64,000 nt of DNA from an uncultured bacterium (GTDB lineage Bacteria > Verrucomicrobiota > Verrucomicrobiia > Limisphaerales > UBA8199). The notes under the pieces were generated by a model that ran no database searches, was not told the origin of the DNA, and saw only the letters and a list, made by a program, of their open reading frames with translations. Location: contig CAVVMW010000004.1 in the NCBI GenBank assembly GCA_963749495.1, forward strand, positions 768,001-832,000, written 5' to 3'. The position numbers were made by a program, and so were the translations under genes. The number at the start of each line of letters is the position of its first letter. Position 1 is the first letter of the stretch. Positions 11,561 to 21,379 of the stretch are shown one piece after another.

Positions 11561-12904
11561 CGGGCCTTTTCAGTGTCGCCGTGCCGATTCCTGCGGGTTT
11601 AAATCAGGCCCGCATCGATCCCAGCCCCGCTCCGCAAGGCCTTCCTCTATTGGGACAGGCTCTATGTATTGGCCTGGAACGCGCCCTGCCAGCTTCCCAC
11701 CAGGCCGCGCTTCCACCACTGCGCCCGGTCGAAAATCCGGCGCAGAGCCGCCGCCAACTCCGGGGTGCCGCGGGGTGTGATCTGGGTGCCGCAGACCGCG
11801 CCCCAACTCGAGAGCACCTGGCACTCTGCGGTGCGCTGCCAATCCTCCAGCCATTCCTGCAATTCGCCGGTCGTCGGACTGACCCGCAGGGGCGGCAGGC
11901 GCGGCAGGGTCTTCTCGATCTCCGCGCGCAGGTCCGCATCCGTGCCGAGAATCCGGGCCGCTTGGGCGCAGTTCTGCAACAGCTCGCGCACCATTTCCAT
12001 GCTCCCGGTTGGCCCGAGGCAGACGCAACCGGTCTCGCCATTGGGTTTGCGAAAGGCATTCTCAAAGTTCGTGTCCGGCCCGGTGACAAGCCAGCCGTGC
12101 GACGGTTCCTCGACCAGGTAATCCAGGTAAAACCGGGCCGCGCCCCGCATCGTCGGCCAGGCGCGGCGCAGGTAATTGGTGTCGCCCGAAAAGGCGTAAT
12201 GCTCCCACAGGTGCTGGCACAGCCACGCGCTGCCCACCTGGAAGATGCTCCAGAGCGCGCTGCCGCTGACCGGGCCTGCCTGCCGCCAGATGTCGGTGTT
12301 GTGGTGGGCAACCCAACCCCGCACGCCGTAAAGGCCCCGGGCGATGTGGGCGCCGTCCACGCTCAGTTGTTCCGTCAGGTCCACCAAGGGCAGGTGGCAT
12401 TCGATCGGTTGTACTTGCCGTTCATGTCGCGCTCGACCAGCCGTTGGGCCTCCTTGTTATTGCCCTCGCGCAGCAACCGGCGGATTTCCGGCAGCGCCTG
12501 CAATCCGCGAGGGTTGAGGTTGTCGTAAGGCTCCCCGGACCAGAGCGTGTCTTCGTTGAGGTCAATGCGCTCGCGCGTTACGCCGCCCCAGACCATGCCG
12601 CCGAGGCGTCCGTTTCCAATCAGAGACGCCTCGGCCCAACGTGCGGCCGGCTGGCGGTGCCAAAGTGTGAGCGGGTCGCCGGGGCCTTCGGTGGCTCCCG
12701 CTACCGTGACGCCCTCAGGTTCGGCCGCCGTGCCCGCAGTGCAGACGCCATTGACAATGAGCAACAGCCATGCTCCGAATAGGCGGGATCCGTATGTGTG
12801 ATTCATCGAGCGTTATTATTGACACGGAGCGGCTGGCGGCAAGCCGTGAATACCGGCAGGCGATGCGATCAGCAATCTCCCAGGCCAACGGCCTGACCCA
12901 TACC

Positions 12905-12981
12905 AGGGCAAAGGAGCAAAGCGACTGCCGCCCTGGGTGACCGGCCACCAGAGACCGTTCCGAGCGCTGAAAGCGCGATTC
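12905..12981 (+). repeat. REP-like repeat, direct copy 1 flanking the UPF0175 TA locus
   Basis: gggcaaaggagcaaagcgactgccgccctgggtg..gaccgttccgagcgctgaaagcgcgat; near copy at ~13458-13531. Confidence 0.65.
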
Positions 12982-13049
12982 AGCCGGGGATCGTGGCTAC
13001 CCGCCCGTCAGCGCTTGCTTCCGGTCCGCCCAAAGGTTAGTTTCCGGGC

Positions 13050-13307
13050 ATGAGTGTGACGTTGGAAATCCCGGCCGAAATTGTTCAATGCGTCCGAGTA
13101 CCGCCCCAGGAGATCGAAGAGCGCTTGCGGTTGGAGATGGCGCTGGCCCTTTACGCGCAGAATTTGCTGTCCTCGGGCAAAGCTTGCGCCCTGGCCCGCT
13201 TGACGCGTTGGGAGTGGGAGGAACTGCTGAGCAAACGCCAAATCCCCCGCCACTATTGCGAGGCCGATTTAACCGAGGACCTGGCCCATGCCCAGAGCTG
13301 TCAGTGA
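13050..13307 (+). CDS. UPF0175-family antitoxin
   Basis: LRLEMALALYAQNLLSSGKACALARLTRWEWEELLSKRQIPRHY..DL.EDL. Confidence 0.85.
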   Translation: MSVTLEIPAEIVQCVRVPPQEIEERLRLEMALALYAQNLLSSGKACALARLTRWEWEELLSKRQIPRHYCEADLTEDLAHAQSCQ

Positions 13308-13435
13308 CTCATCCGTCAGCTAAGCAGGCAGGACGTTTGCCGCTGGTGCGTCCGCTGTTAACTCAACTTTCAAACAGTGGCTTTCACCTCGATCCTGCAT
13401 TCGTGGCGCGGATCATCGCGCAAGCCGGCGAATGA
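13288..13435 (+). pseudogene. DUF3368-type PIN toxin reduced to its two ends by internal deletion
   Basis: MPRAVSDSS joined out of frame to AKQAGRLPLVRPLLTQLSNSGFHLDPAFVARIIAQAGE*. Confidence 0.75.
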
Positions 13436-13457
13436 CCTACTGACTCGTGCCAGCCCC

Positions 13458-13531
13458 GGGCAAAGGAGCGAAGCGACTCCCACCCTGGGTGGCTGGCCAC
13501 CCAAGACCGTTCCGAGCGCTGAATGCGCGAT
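13458..13531 (+). repeat. REP-like repeat, direct copy 2
   Basis: gggcaaaggagcgaagcgactcccaccctgggtg..gaccgttccgagcgctgaatgcgcgat. Confidence 0.65.
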
Positions 13532-13703
13532 CCATGGGGCAATGCCTCGGCACGATTGTGATGGGAGAGATCCAGTCCACCGAGCTGAGCACATGCTGCA
13601 CCGCCCGCCTGAACTCAAACGAAAACCACAGCTCGAACAAAGCTCAGCGGAGCTTGCCAAGAGACCCAAAATGCTGTGAGATGTTGGCCGGATTGGGAGC
13701 AGC

Positions 13704-13910
13704 TTGAATATGCCCGAGGCCTGGTCACGCGAGGAAGTTGAAGCCGCCGTGGCGGACTACTTCGTCATGCTTCGAAAGGAGTTATCTGGGGAGCAGTACA
13801 ACAAGGCCGAACACAACCGCCTATTGCAGAACCTGCTTTCGGGCCGGAGTCATGGCTCGGTCGAGAGGAAACACCAGAACACCAGCGCGGTACTGATTGA
13901 TCTGGGATAG
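13704..13910 (+). pseudogene. N-terminal remnant of a DUF3883/HNH-associated nuclease
   Basis: WSREEVEAAVADYFVML..EL.G..YNKAEHNR.L...L.GRS.GSVERKHQN.SAVL..LG then stop. Confidence 0.7.
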
Positions 13911-13929
13911 CCGGTGGAATCTAATGGTG

Positions 13930-13989
13930 AACAGGAGGAAACGGAGGAAACGGAGGTCTCCGTTCTCCGTTTGCTCCGTTTCCTCCTGT
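13930..13989. repeat. AACAGGAGGAAAC-type palindromic repeat, copy 3
   Basis: aacaggaggaaacggaggaaacggag..ctccgtttgctccgtttcctcctgt. Confidence 0.75.
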
Positions 13990-14041
13990 CCAAATTCAGG
14001 AGCGATCAATTATGCTGCCCGGTGTAGTCGGCTTTAGCCGT

Positions 14042-16282
14042 ATGAAACCGCCCAAACTATATTTCTCTCGGAACCTTTGGTTTTCACTGGCAACAGTTTT
14101 TTTCATCGGCGCGCTCGCCGCCGCCGAGGTCGTGCCCCTGGACGGCACCTGGCTTATCGAGGAGGGCGTCGCGCCGGACGCGATGCCGGCGTCGTTCTCA
14201 CATAAAGTCCCGGTGCCGGGGCTGGCGCACGAGGCGCGGCCGGCGTTTCCGGACGTGGACCAATATGAGACGCACGAGTTTGTGTTTACGATGCAGAGCC
14301 ACGGCTTGCTGCAGGGGCCGTGCGAGGGCACCGGCCGCACGCGGCAGACCCGAAATTTCCTCTGGTATGAACGCACGTTTCGCGCGCCGGTCCGCCGCGA
14401 GCACGCCACGCTGGTCGTGAACAAGGCGCAGTTCGGCACGGCTGTATGGCTCAACGGGCAAAAGATTGGCGAGCACTCGGGCTGCTTCACGGCGGGCCGG
14501 TTCGATGTCACCGGCGCGATGAACTGGAGCGGCGACAACCGGCTGGTCATCCGCATCGGCGCGCATCCGGGGGCGATGCCCGACTGGGCATTCTGGGGCA
14601 GCGACGGCGAGAAAGGCCCGTGGACGCCCGGCATTTACGACCACGTCGAGGTGCGGTTCGCCGACAACCCGGTCATCGAGGACGTCCAGGTCGCGCCCCG
14701 CATCGCCAGCAGCGAGATCGTCGTGCAGACGCGGCTGAAGAATTTCGGCGCGGCCCGCGCGGTGGAACTGGCCCAGCAAGTCAGCCCGTGGAAGGGCAAG
14801 CGACCCGCCGGAGCGCCGGAGCGTCGGCAAATCCAACTGGCCGCCGGCGAGGAGAAGACGATCACCCAAACCGTGCCGGTGCCCAACGCGGCGCTCTGGT
14901 CGCCCGACAATCCCTTCCTCTATTTGCTGGAAACGAGCACCGGCGGCGACACGCGCTCGACCCGGTTTGGGATGCGCGAGTTTGGCTTCGACCACGCCAC
15001 GCGGCTGCCGATGCTCAATGGCAAGGTTTGTTACCTGCGCGGCGCCAGCATCACGCTGCACCGGTTCTTCGGCGACCCGCAGAGCGGCGGGCTGCCGTGG
15101 AACGAGGCCTGGGCGAGGAAATTCCTCGCCGATATTCCGCGCCGGATGAACTGGAACGCGTTCCGCATCTGCATCGGCCCCGCGCCGCAACAATGGCTCG
15201 ACATTGCCGACGAAGCCGGGCTGCTCCTTCAATGGGAGTTTCCGATTTGGAGCGACCGTGAGGCGACGCGCACGAAGCAACTGCGCCATCAGTTGTGGAA
15301 GCAGGACGACATCGCCGAACAGGTGCGCGAGTTCATGCGCGACAACTGGAACCATCCCAGCGTCGTCATCTGGGACGCTTCCAACGAGACCCATTGGGAT
15401 TTCCTCCGCAAACTGGTGCCGGCCGTGCGCGGCCTCGATCTCTCCGGCCGGCCGTGGGAGAACGGCTACATGGCGCCGGACGCGCCGGACGATCCCTACG
15501 AGGTTCACCCTTACAAGTTCATCAATCATGCGTTCGGCAATCAGCCGCCGTTTTTCCAGATGAGCGACCTGGAGGACGCGGCCCAACAGGGCCTGCCCGC
15601 CGGCTGCTGGCCGGCCCCGGCGGCGGCGCAGGCCGAGCACGCCGCGCTCATCAACGAATACGACTGGCTCTGGCTGCACCGCAACGGCACGCCGACGCAT
15701 CTCACCCAGAAAGTCTATGACCACCTCCTCGGCCCGAACGCGACGCCGCAGCAGCGGTTTGCGCTCAACGGCTATCTGCTCGGGGGCCTGACGGAGTTTT
15801 GGCGGGCGCAGCGGCGGTACGCCGCCGTGATGTATCTGGCCTACCTCGACGGCGACTTGCCGCACGCCTTCACGTGCGACAACTTCCGCGACGTTGCCGC
15901 GCTGAAACTGGAGCCTCATTTTGAGGACTACATGCGCGAGGCCTTCAAGCCACTCGGCGTCTATCTCGATTTTTGGCAGCCGGCGCTGGCGGCCGGCGCG
16001 AAGCGTTCGTATCGCGTGATGCTCGTCAACGACACGCAAGCGCCGTTGCGAGGCCGGCTGACGCTCGAGTGGCAAGCGGCGCGCGGCGGCAAAGTCGTCT
16101 CACAAACGGAGCAAGCGTTTGAAGTGCCGGCGGCAGGCAGGTCGAATTGCGATTTTGAACTGGCCGCGCCATCTGGCGAGGGTCAGCATCAGTTAACTGC
16201 GAAAGCGTCCTGCGACGGTCAACGATGGAGTCCAACGCTCTCGCGGCGACAGGTGACGATCGGCAAGACCGAGCCAAAATAA
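14042..16282 (+). CDS. Secreted glycoside hydrolase family 2 protein
   Basis: Signal peptide, VWLNGQKIGEH, LWSPDNPFLY, RFGMREF, IADEAGLL, NHPSVVIWDASNE, LINEY. Confidence 0.9.
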   Translation: MKPPKLYFSRNLWFSLATVFFIGALAAAEVVPLDGTWLIEEGVAPDAMPASFSHKVPVPGLAHEARPAFPDVDQYETHEFVFTMQSHGLLQGPCEGTGRTRQTRNFLWYERTFRAPVRREHATLVVNKAQFGTAVWLNGQKIGEHSGCFTAGRFDVTGAMNWSGDNRLVIRIGAHPGAMPDWAFWGSDGEKGPWTPGIYDHVEVRFADNPVIEDVQVAPRIASSEIVVQTRLKNFGAARAVELAQQVSPWKGKRPAGAPERRQIQLAAGEEKTITQTVPVPNAALWSPDNPFLYLLETSTGGDTRSTRFGMREFGFDHATRLPMLNGKVCYLRGASITLHRFFGDPQSGGLPWNEAWARKFLADIPRRMNWNAFRICIGPAPQQWLDIADEAGLLLQWEFPIWSDREATRTKQLRHQLWKQDDIAEQVREFMRDNWNHPSVVIWDASNETHWDFLRKLVPAVRGLDLSGRPWENGYMAPDAPDDPYEVHPYKFINHAFGNQPPFFQMSDLEDAAQQGLPAGCWPAPAAAQAEHAALINEYDWLWLHRNGTPTHLTQKVYDHLLGPNATPQQRFALNGYLLGGLTEFWRAQRRYAAVMYLAYLDGDLPHAFTCDNFRDVAALKLEPHFEDYMREAFKPLGVYLDFWQPALAAGAKRSYRVMLVNDTQAPLRGRLTLEWQAARGGKVVSQTEQAFEVPAAGRSNCDFELAAPSGEGQHQLTAKASCDGQRWSPTLSRRQVTIGKTEPK

Positions 16283-16476
16283 CCGGAGACAAACCACGAA
16301 GAGAATCGCCTCTTCCACGGACACCATCTTAAGAGGTCTTCATGAATGGGTCAGGAAAACAATCCTCTTCTGCACGTTCCGCGCCAAGAAACCAAACCCT
16401 GTTGTCAAGGAGACCGCCGCCAGGTTACGGAGGGCCGCTGGTGTTCGCCCGGTCATTGTCCGGGTGGTATTCTCTC

Positions 16477-17283
16477 ATGGTCGTGCTGGCGGCCTTTGCC
16501 GGGGCCAACCCGGCTGCCGCGCAGCTCAAGATCTACGTCAACACCGATCTAGAGGGCGCCAGCGGGGTTTTCAAGTTCGAGCAGACTCGCGAGCCGGGCA
16601 CGCCACTGAACCGAGAGGCGAGGGAGTATTTCATGGGCGACCTCGCCGCCGTGGTGCGCGGGCTGCGCGACGGCGGGGCAACTGAAATCCTGGTGTATGA
16701 CGGCCACGGCTCGCAGGCGGTCATTCCGCACCTGATGGAGCCTGGGGCGAAATACGCCACGGGCAAGCCCAAACCTGAGATGTGGGGTGTGGACAAGAGC
16801 TACGCGGGCCTGGTATTCCTCGGCTTTCACGCGATGATGGGCACGCCCAACGGCGTCCTCAACCACACGCAGTCCTCGAAAACGGAGAACCGCTATTGGT
16901 ATAACGGGGTTGAATCAGGGGAGCTGGCCCAGGTCGCTGCGATTGCGGGCCATTACGGCGTGCCGCCGATCATGGTGACGGGCGATGAGGCGACTTGCCG
17001 GGAGGCACGACAATTCTTCGGTGAAGGCTGCATCACCGTTGCCGTGAAAAAGGGGATCGGGCGCGAGGCCGCCGTGCTGTATCCCTTTGCCGAGACGCGC
17101 CAGGCGCTCTACGAAGGCGCCAAGCGGGCGGTGGCCGCCATCCCGCGATGCCGGCCCTACCAACTCACGCTGCCGATCAAGGCCAAGAAGCAGTTCCTGG
17201 TCTTTGGCAAAGAGGGCACTGAACCTAAACTGGTGACCAAGGAGGGCGTCATCGAGGATGTCTTGCACCTCCTGGATTTCTAA
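16477..17283 (+). CDS. M55-family D-aminopeptidase (DppA-like); start uncertain
   Basis: KIYVNTDLEG, VYDGHG, LGFHA, GVLNHT, GE, VTGD. Confidence 0.9.
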   Translation: MVVLAAFAGANPAAAQLKIYVNTDLEGASGVFKFEQTREPGTPLNREAREYFMGDLAAVVRGLRDGGATEILVYDGHGSQAVIPHLMEPGAKYATGKPKPEMWGVDKSYAGLVFLGFHAMMGTPNGVLNHTQSSKTENRYWYNGVESGELAQVAAIAGHYGVPPIMVTGDEATCREARQFFGEGCITVAVKKGIGREAAVLYPFAETRQALYEGAKRAVAAIPRCRPYQLTLPIKAKKQFLVFGKEGTEPKLVTKEGVIEDVLHLLDF

Positions 17284-17288
17284 GATGT

Positions 17289-17370
17289 GTTCTGGCCGAC
17301 CGGCCTGGCCTTGCCATCGTCGCCCATCGGTCGCCGGAGGTGGACAGCGCGCTCGTCCGGCTGGCCGACC
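17289..17370 (+). repeat. 82-bp dispersed direct repeat, copy 1 (copy 2 at 21234-21315)
   Basis: gttctggccgaccggcctggccttgcc..gtcgcccatc..gtcgccggaggt..ctcgtccggctggccgacc present twice with few mismatches. Confidence 0.8.
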
Positions 17371-17430
17371 CGCGCCCAGCAGATTGCGCGGAGCTGGGCG
17401 GCGGAAGGCCGCTGCTGCGGCGTCCTGAGC

Positions 17431-17462
17431 TTGACCAAATCAAAGCGTAGGATAATCTTACG
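17431..17462 (+). promoter_or_regulatory. Promoter and palindromic operator of the AbrB gene
   Basis: TTGACC -35; CGTAGGAT-A-ATCTTACG inverted repeat (17446-17462) over the -10 region, just before the GTG. Confidence 0.55.
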
Positions 17463-17465
17463 AGT

Positions 17466-17747
17466 GTGACGACGACGATTACAGTGACCACCAAGCGCCA
17501 AGTGGTGTTGCCCAAGGCCATGTGCGAGCGCAAGCGCATACGGCCAGGAACCTCCTTGCGGATCACCGAGGTCGGCGAGGGCTTCTACGTTACGCCAGTG
17601 CCGGAGCCGACCGAAGCCGAGCTGGCAGCAGTATTCAAGACTCTCGACGAAGGACGCCGGATGCGGCCCATCACCGCCGAGGACGAGGCTCAAATCCAGG
17701 ACGAGATCAAGAAATACCGGGCTGAACAGCGGAGGCGCAAAGCGTGA
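17466..17747 (+). CDS. AbrB/MazE-family antitoxin
   Basis: TITVTTKRQVVLPKAMCERKRIRPGTSL. Confidence 0.85.
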   Translation: MTTTITVTTKRQVVLPKAMCERKRIRPGTSLRITEVGEGFYVTPVPEPTEAELAAVFKTLDEGRRMRPITAEDEAQIQDEIKKYRAEQRRRKA

Positions 17748-17806
17748 CAATCGTAGTGGACACGATCGTCATGGTTTCGGCGGCGTTCTGGCCCAAGAGC
17801 GAAGAT
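17744..17806 (+). pseudogene. 5' remnant of a PIN-family toxin
   Basis: MTIVVDTIVMVSAAFWPKSED overlapping the antitoxin stop (GTGA), then similarity is lost. Confidence 0.65.
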
Positions 17807-18040
17807 GTAAGTTGGAGTCGTAGGGCTACTGCACGGCTGGAAGCGCCCAGGACGGCCCCGGCGTTGTGGCCGGCCGCCTTTATCTCTGCCGGCCACGAAA
17901 CGCGTCTCGCAGGGCCTCCGGCAGAGTGTGCTGGCCGGATGGGCGAGGGCCGCTTGCTCGTCGTCGGATCTCGTGGAATCCGGTTGCGCGTCGGCCAGCA
18001 TTCCTGCTATCCTCCAGCTATCAGTGCAAAGCGGAAGACC

Positions 18041-19771
18041 ATGAAGACTGGAGCCTCCACTACGACAAGGACCTGCCCGAAGGTCGTGGCTGCATATCTG
18101 CGGAGAGGCCACGCTTGGCGCCTGCTATCACTGCTCGTGGTCTCGGCATTGCCCACCGCGGCTCAGGTCCAATTCGGCTACACAACCACTAACGGCACGG
18201 TCATCATCACGAACTACATCGGCGCTGACCGCGGAGTTACGATCCCCAATACCATCAACGGCCTGCCCGTTGTTGCCATCGGCTACTGTGCATTCCTCAA
18301 TTCTTGCGTGACCAGCGTTACGATCCCTGATAGTGTGACCACCATCGGGATCGGGGCGTTTGACTACTGCGAGTGCCTGACGAACGTGACGCTCCCTAAT
18401 GGCATCACCCACATCGCGGACGCTGAGTTCTGGGCCTGCACTAGCCTGACCAGCATTACGATCCCGAGCGGCGTTTCCAGCATTGACGACAACGCGTTCG
18501 GGAACTGCCTGTCACTGTCCAGGGTCACCATACCCAACAGCGTCAGCAGCATCGGAGCCTGTGCTTTTTACGCCTGCACCCATCTGACAAATGTCGTCAT
18601 CCCCGACAGCGTGACCAGCATCGGGGATGGTGCATTTTGTTTATGCCAAAGCCTCCCCACCGTGACGATCCCCAACAGTGTGACCAACGACGGGACCGCT
18701 CTGTTTGCTCAGTGCAGCAACTTATCCAGCTTCACGGTCCCGGGCGGGGCCACTACCATTGGGGACAACGAGTTTGATCACTGCTCCAGCCTAACCAACA
18801 TCGTTATCCCCAGCGGCATCACGAGGATCGGGACCAATGCGTTCGGTAGCTGCACAAGACTGGTGAGCGTGACAATTCCCGGCAGCGTCGCCAGCATCGG
18901 GGCCGGTGCGTTCGACAACTGCTACACGCTAATCAGCGTCGCACTCTCAAACGGGGTCACGTGGATCGGCAACAATGCGTTCCAAGGCTGCACCAGCCTG
19001 ACCAACATCGCCATTCCCAACGGCGTCACGACAATCGGCAACGGCGCATTCTACGACTGCTACAACCTAAGTAGTGTCACGATTCCCAGTAGCGTTAGCA
19101 GCATCGGGGACCAGGCGTTCTCAGCCTGCACGAGGTTAAGAGCGATCACGGTGGATGCTTTGAACCCGGTCTTTTCCAGCGTAGATGGGGTCTTCTTCGA
19201 CAAGCCGCAGACCACGCTCTTGGTGTATCCAGGCGGCAAAGCCGGGAGTTACGCGATCCCCAGCAGCGCCACAAGCATCGCAGCCTACGGGTTTTTCTGG
19301 TGCGGCAGCCTGACGGGCGTCACCCTCCCGAGCGGTGTTACCAATATCGGGGACTATGCCTTCGCCAACTGCCCCAGCCTGACTGGCATCTATTTCGAGG
19401 GCAATCCTCCCGACGTGGGGCAGCATGTATTCGATTTCGGCGGGAGTTCTGGGTATTCACCGGGCACCGCAGTCGTTTACTACTTGCCTAGCACCACGGG
19501 CTGGGGGCCGACGCTTGGGAGTTGTCGAACCTCGTTGTGGAGGCCGCACGTGCAGACAGGCGATGCCAGCTTCGGTCTTCGGACCAATCAATTCGGGTTC
19601 ACCATTAACTGGGCCGGCGGCATGACCGTCGTCGTGGAAGCCAACACCAATCTCGCCAATCCCGCCTGGATGCCTCTGGCCACGAACACGCTCACCAGCG
19701 GCTCGGCCTATTTCAGCGATCCGCAGTGGACGAATTATCCAGCCCGGTTCTACCGCCTGCGCTGGCCGTGA
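18041..19771 (+). CDS. BspA-type leucine-rich-repeat (LRR_5) surface protein with RFYR C-terminal domain
   Basis: Many 23-aa L..VTIP.SV.SIG..AF..C repeats; signal peptide; ends YFSDPQWTNYPARFYRLRWP. Confidence 0.9.
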   Translation: MKTGASTTTRTCPKVVAAYLRRGHAWRLLSLLVVSALPTAAQVQFGYTTTNGTVIITNYIGADRGVTIPNTINGLPVVAIGYCAFLNSCVTSVTIPDSVTTIGIGAFDYCECLTNVTLPNGITHIADAEFWACTSLTSITIPSGVSSIDDNAFGNCLSLSRVTIPNSVSSIGACAFYACTHLTNVVIPDSVTSIGDGAFCLCQSLPTVTIPNSVTNDGTALFAQCSNLSSFTVPGGATTIGDNEFDHCSSLTNIVIPSGITRIGTNAFGSCTRLVSVTIPGSVASIGAGAFDNCYTLISVALSNGVTWIGNNAFQGCTSLTNIAIPNGVTTIGNGAFYDCYNLSSVTIPSSVSSIGDQAFSACTRLRAITVDALNPVFSSVDGVFFDKPQTTLLVYPGGKAGSYAIPSSATSIAAYGFFWCGSLTGVTLPSGVTNIGDYAFANCPSLTGIYFEGNPPDVGQHVFDFGGSSGYSPGTAVVYYLPSTTGWGPTLGSCRTSLWRPHVQTGDASFGLRTNQFGFTINWAGGMTVVVEANTNLANPAWMPLATNTLTSGSAYFSDPQWTNYPARFYRLRWP

Positions 19772-19785
19772 GGCACGGGCAGGCA

Positions 19786-20136
19786 TCAGCCAGACTCAAC
19801 CATGGCGGCGATGGTGGAAATCGCGTTCCCTTCCAGCCGGTTGTTGACGAAGACAAAGTTGTCCGGCGTCTGGCCGACCATGCCCTCCAGATACCGCTGG
19901 CTGGGGAAGGTGTAGTAGGCGGCATCGACGCAGACCGTCTTGAAGACCTCCGCATATTCCGCCAGGCAGTCGCGCTTGAATCGGGTCTCGGCGAACTTGC
20001 CCCGGTATTCGTAGCGGCTGCGGTCGTAGAGTGTCCCGCACCAGCCCTCGTATTTCCATGAGGACGTGCCAACATAGACGCCCTGCGCCGCCAGAGCAGC
20101 AGCCTGCCGGGCCAGTTCTTGCCGGTCGAGGTTCAC
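19786..20136 (-). pseudogene. DUF72 protein shortened by in-frame internal deletion
   Basis: VGTSSWKY..W, LAEYAEVFKTVCVDAAYY, QTPDNF joined directly to C-terminal FVNNRLEGNA; 116 aa only. Confidence 0.8.
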
Positions 20137-20656
20137 GGCTTCTTGAAATTCCTGAGCGCCGTCTCGATGGTCTTCAAGTCTTCCTTCGACATCTTGGGCG
20201 CTGCCTTTTTCATCATCTGGGCGAACCAGTCGATTTCCCCCGGCTCCCCAGGATAGCCGATGTTCTGTCCGTCGTGCTTGGAGTTTACGATGAGGGCACC
20301 CTTCGCGTCCAGGAACCCGGAGTATGGCAGACCCGCAGGACCACCGATGTCCTTGAGCAGGGCGTCGGCTCCCGGATTTTCCAAGCCTTTGTTCTTGTCG
20401 TTTTCCTGGACCACGAGCTTCACCGGGATGAAATACTTTTCAAAGACCGGCTTGATGTCGGGCCGGTCCAGAAACGCATCCAGGCGTTTGCACCAGCCGC
20501 ACCAGGAAGCGCCGAAATGGAGAAAAATGGCCTTCTGCTCAGCGGCTGCTCGCACCTTGGCCGGGGCCAGGACTTGATCGGCGGAGGGCGTATCGGCAGA
20601 CGCGAGAAAAGCGGCGAGCGAGAACACTGCAAGGGCAGGCACGATGGTTTTCATAA
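20133..20656 (-). CDS. Secreted thioredoxin-family protein
   Basis: MKTIVPALAVFSLAAFLASA signal; FGASWCGWCKRL. Confidence 0.9.
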
Positions 20657-20780
20657 CCGCCTTGTAGCCCAGGGCCGCTCCACGGTCAAGGGGCACTGGC
20701 CATTTTGCAGTGCGTTCCTTCATGGTGTCGGTGCGGCTCCAGGGTTGACCGCCCAGTGCGCCGTGCTTAAAGTGCCACGC

Positions 20781-21176
<396 letters not shown>

Positions 21177-21233
21177 CTGAAGGTGTGCGATCTTCCGGGC
21201 GGCAGTTGGTGTCGCGCAGGGCAGCAGCGCCCG

Positions 21234-21315
21234 GTTCTGGCCGACCGGCCTGGCCTTGCCGTTGTCGCCCATCTGTCGCCGGAGGTTGACGGCGCACTCG
21301 TCCGGCTGGCCGACC
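21234..21315 (+). repeat. 82-bp dispersed direct repeat, copy 2
   Basis: Matches 17289-17370. Confidence 0.8.
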
Positions 21316-21379
21316 TGAATTTCCGCCGCTCTCTGGTCTGGGGTCGTTGGCCTCCTCTCTGGCCGGAGTAGTTAGTTTC

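Larger units (their letters stand above)
9619..11662. mobile_element. Insertion sequence, 2044 bp (IS5/IS1182-like DDE), 16-bp TIRs, 6-bp TSD TATGTA
   Basis: Left end GAGCCTGTCCCAAAAG, right end reverse complement GAGCCTGTCCCAATAG; TATGTA at 9613-9618 and 11663-11668; removal restores the GH95 frame. Confidence 0.95.
9243..12806 (-). pseudogene. GH95 alpha-fucosidase gene disrupted by an IS (9619-11662) and by a large internal deletion at ~12405
   Basis: N-terminus LWHRQPAARWAEASLIGNGRLG..LNEDTLWSG jumps directly to ECHLPLVDL..GWVAHHNTDIW; FQANT|YARLGDG rejoins across the IS; C-terminus FEIDGNLG..EMLLQSH..LLPALP. Confidence 0.85.

Noticed and set aside
14198..16075. Long antisense ORFs (also 47159..48958, 53740..55989, 51532..53583, 4521..5633)
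   Set aside because: Shadow ORFs opposite clear genes in GC-rich DNA
17744..18040. PIN-LRR fusion suggested by the 675-aa ORF
   Set aside because: Only ~21 codons of PIN remain; the LRR gene has its own downstream start and signal peptide, so the in-frame join looks accidental
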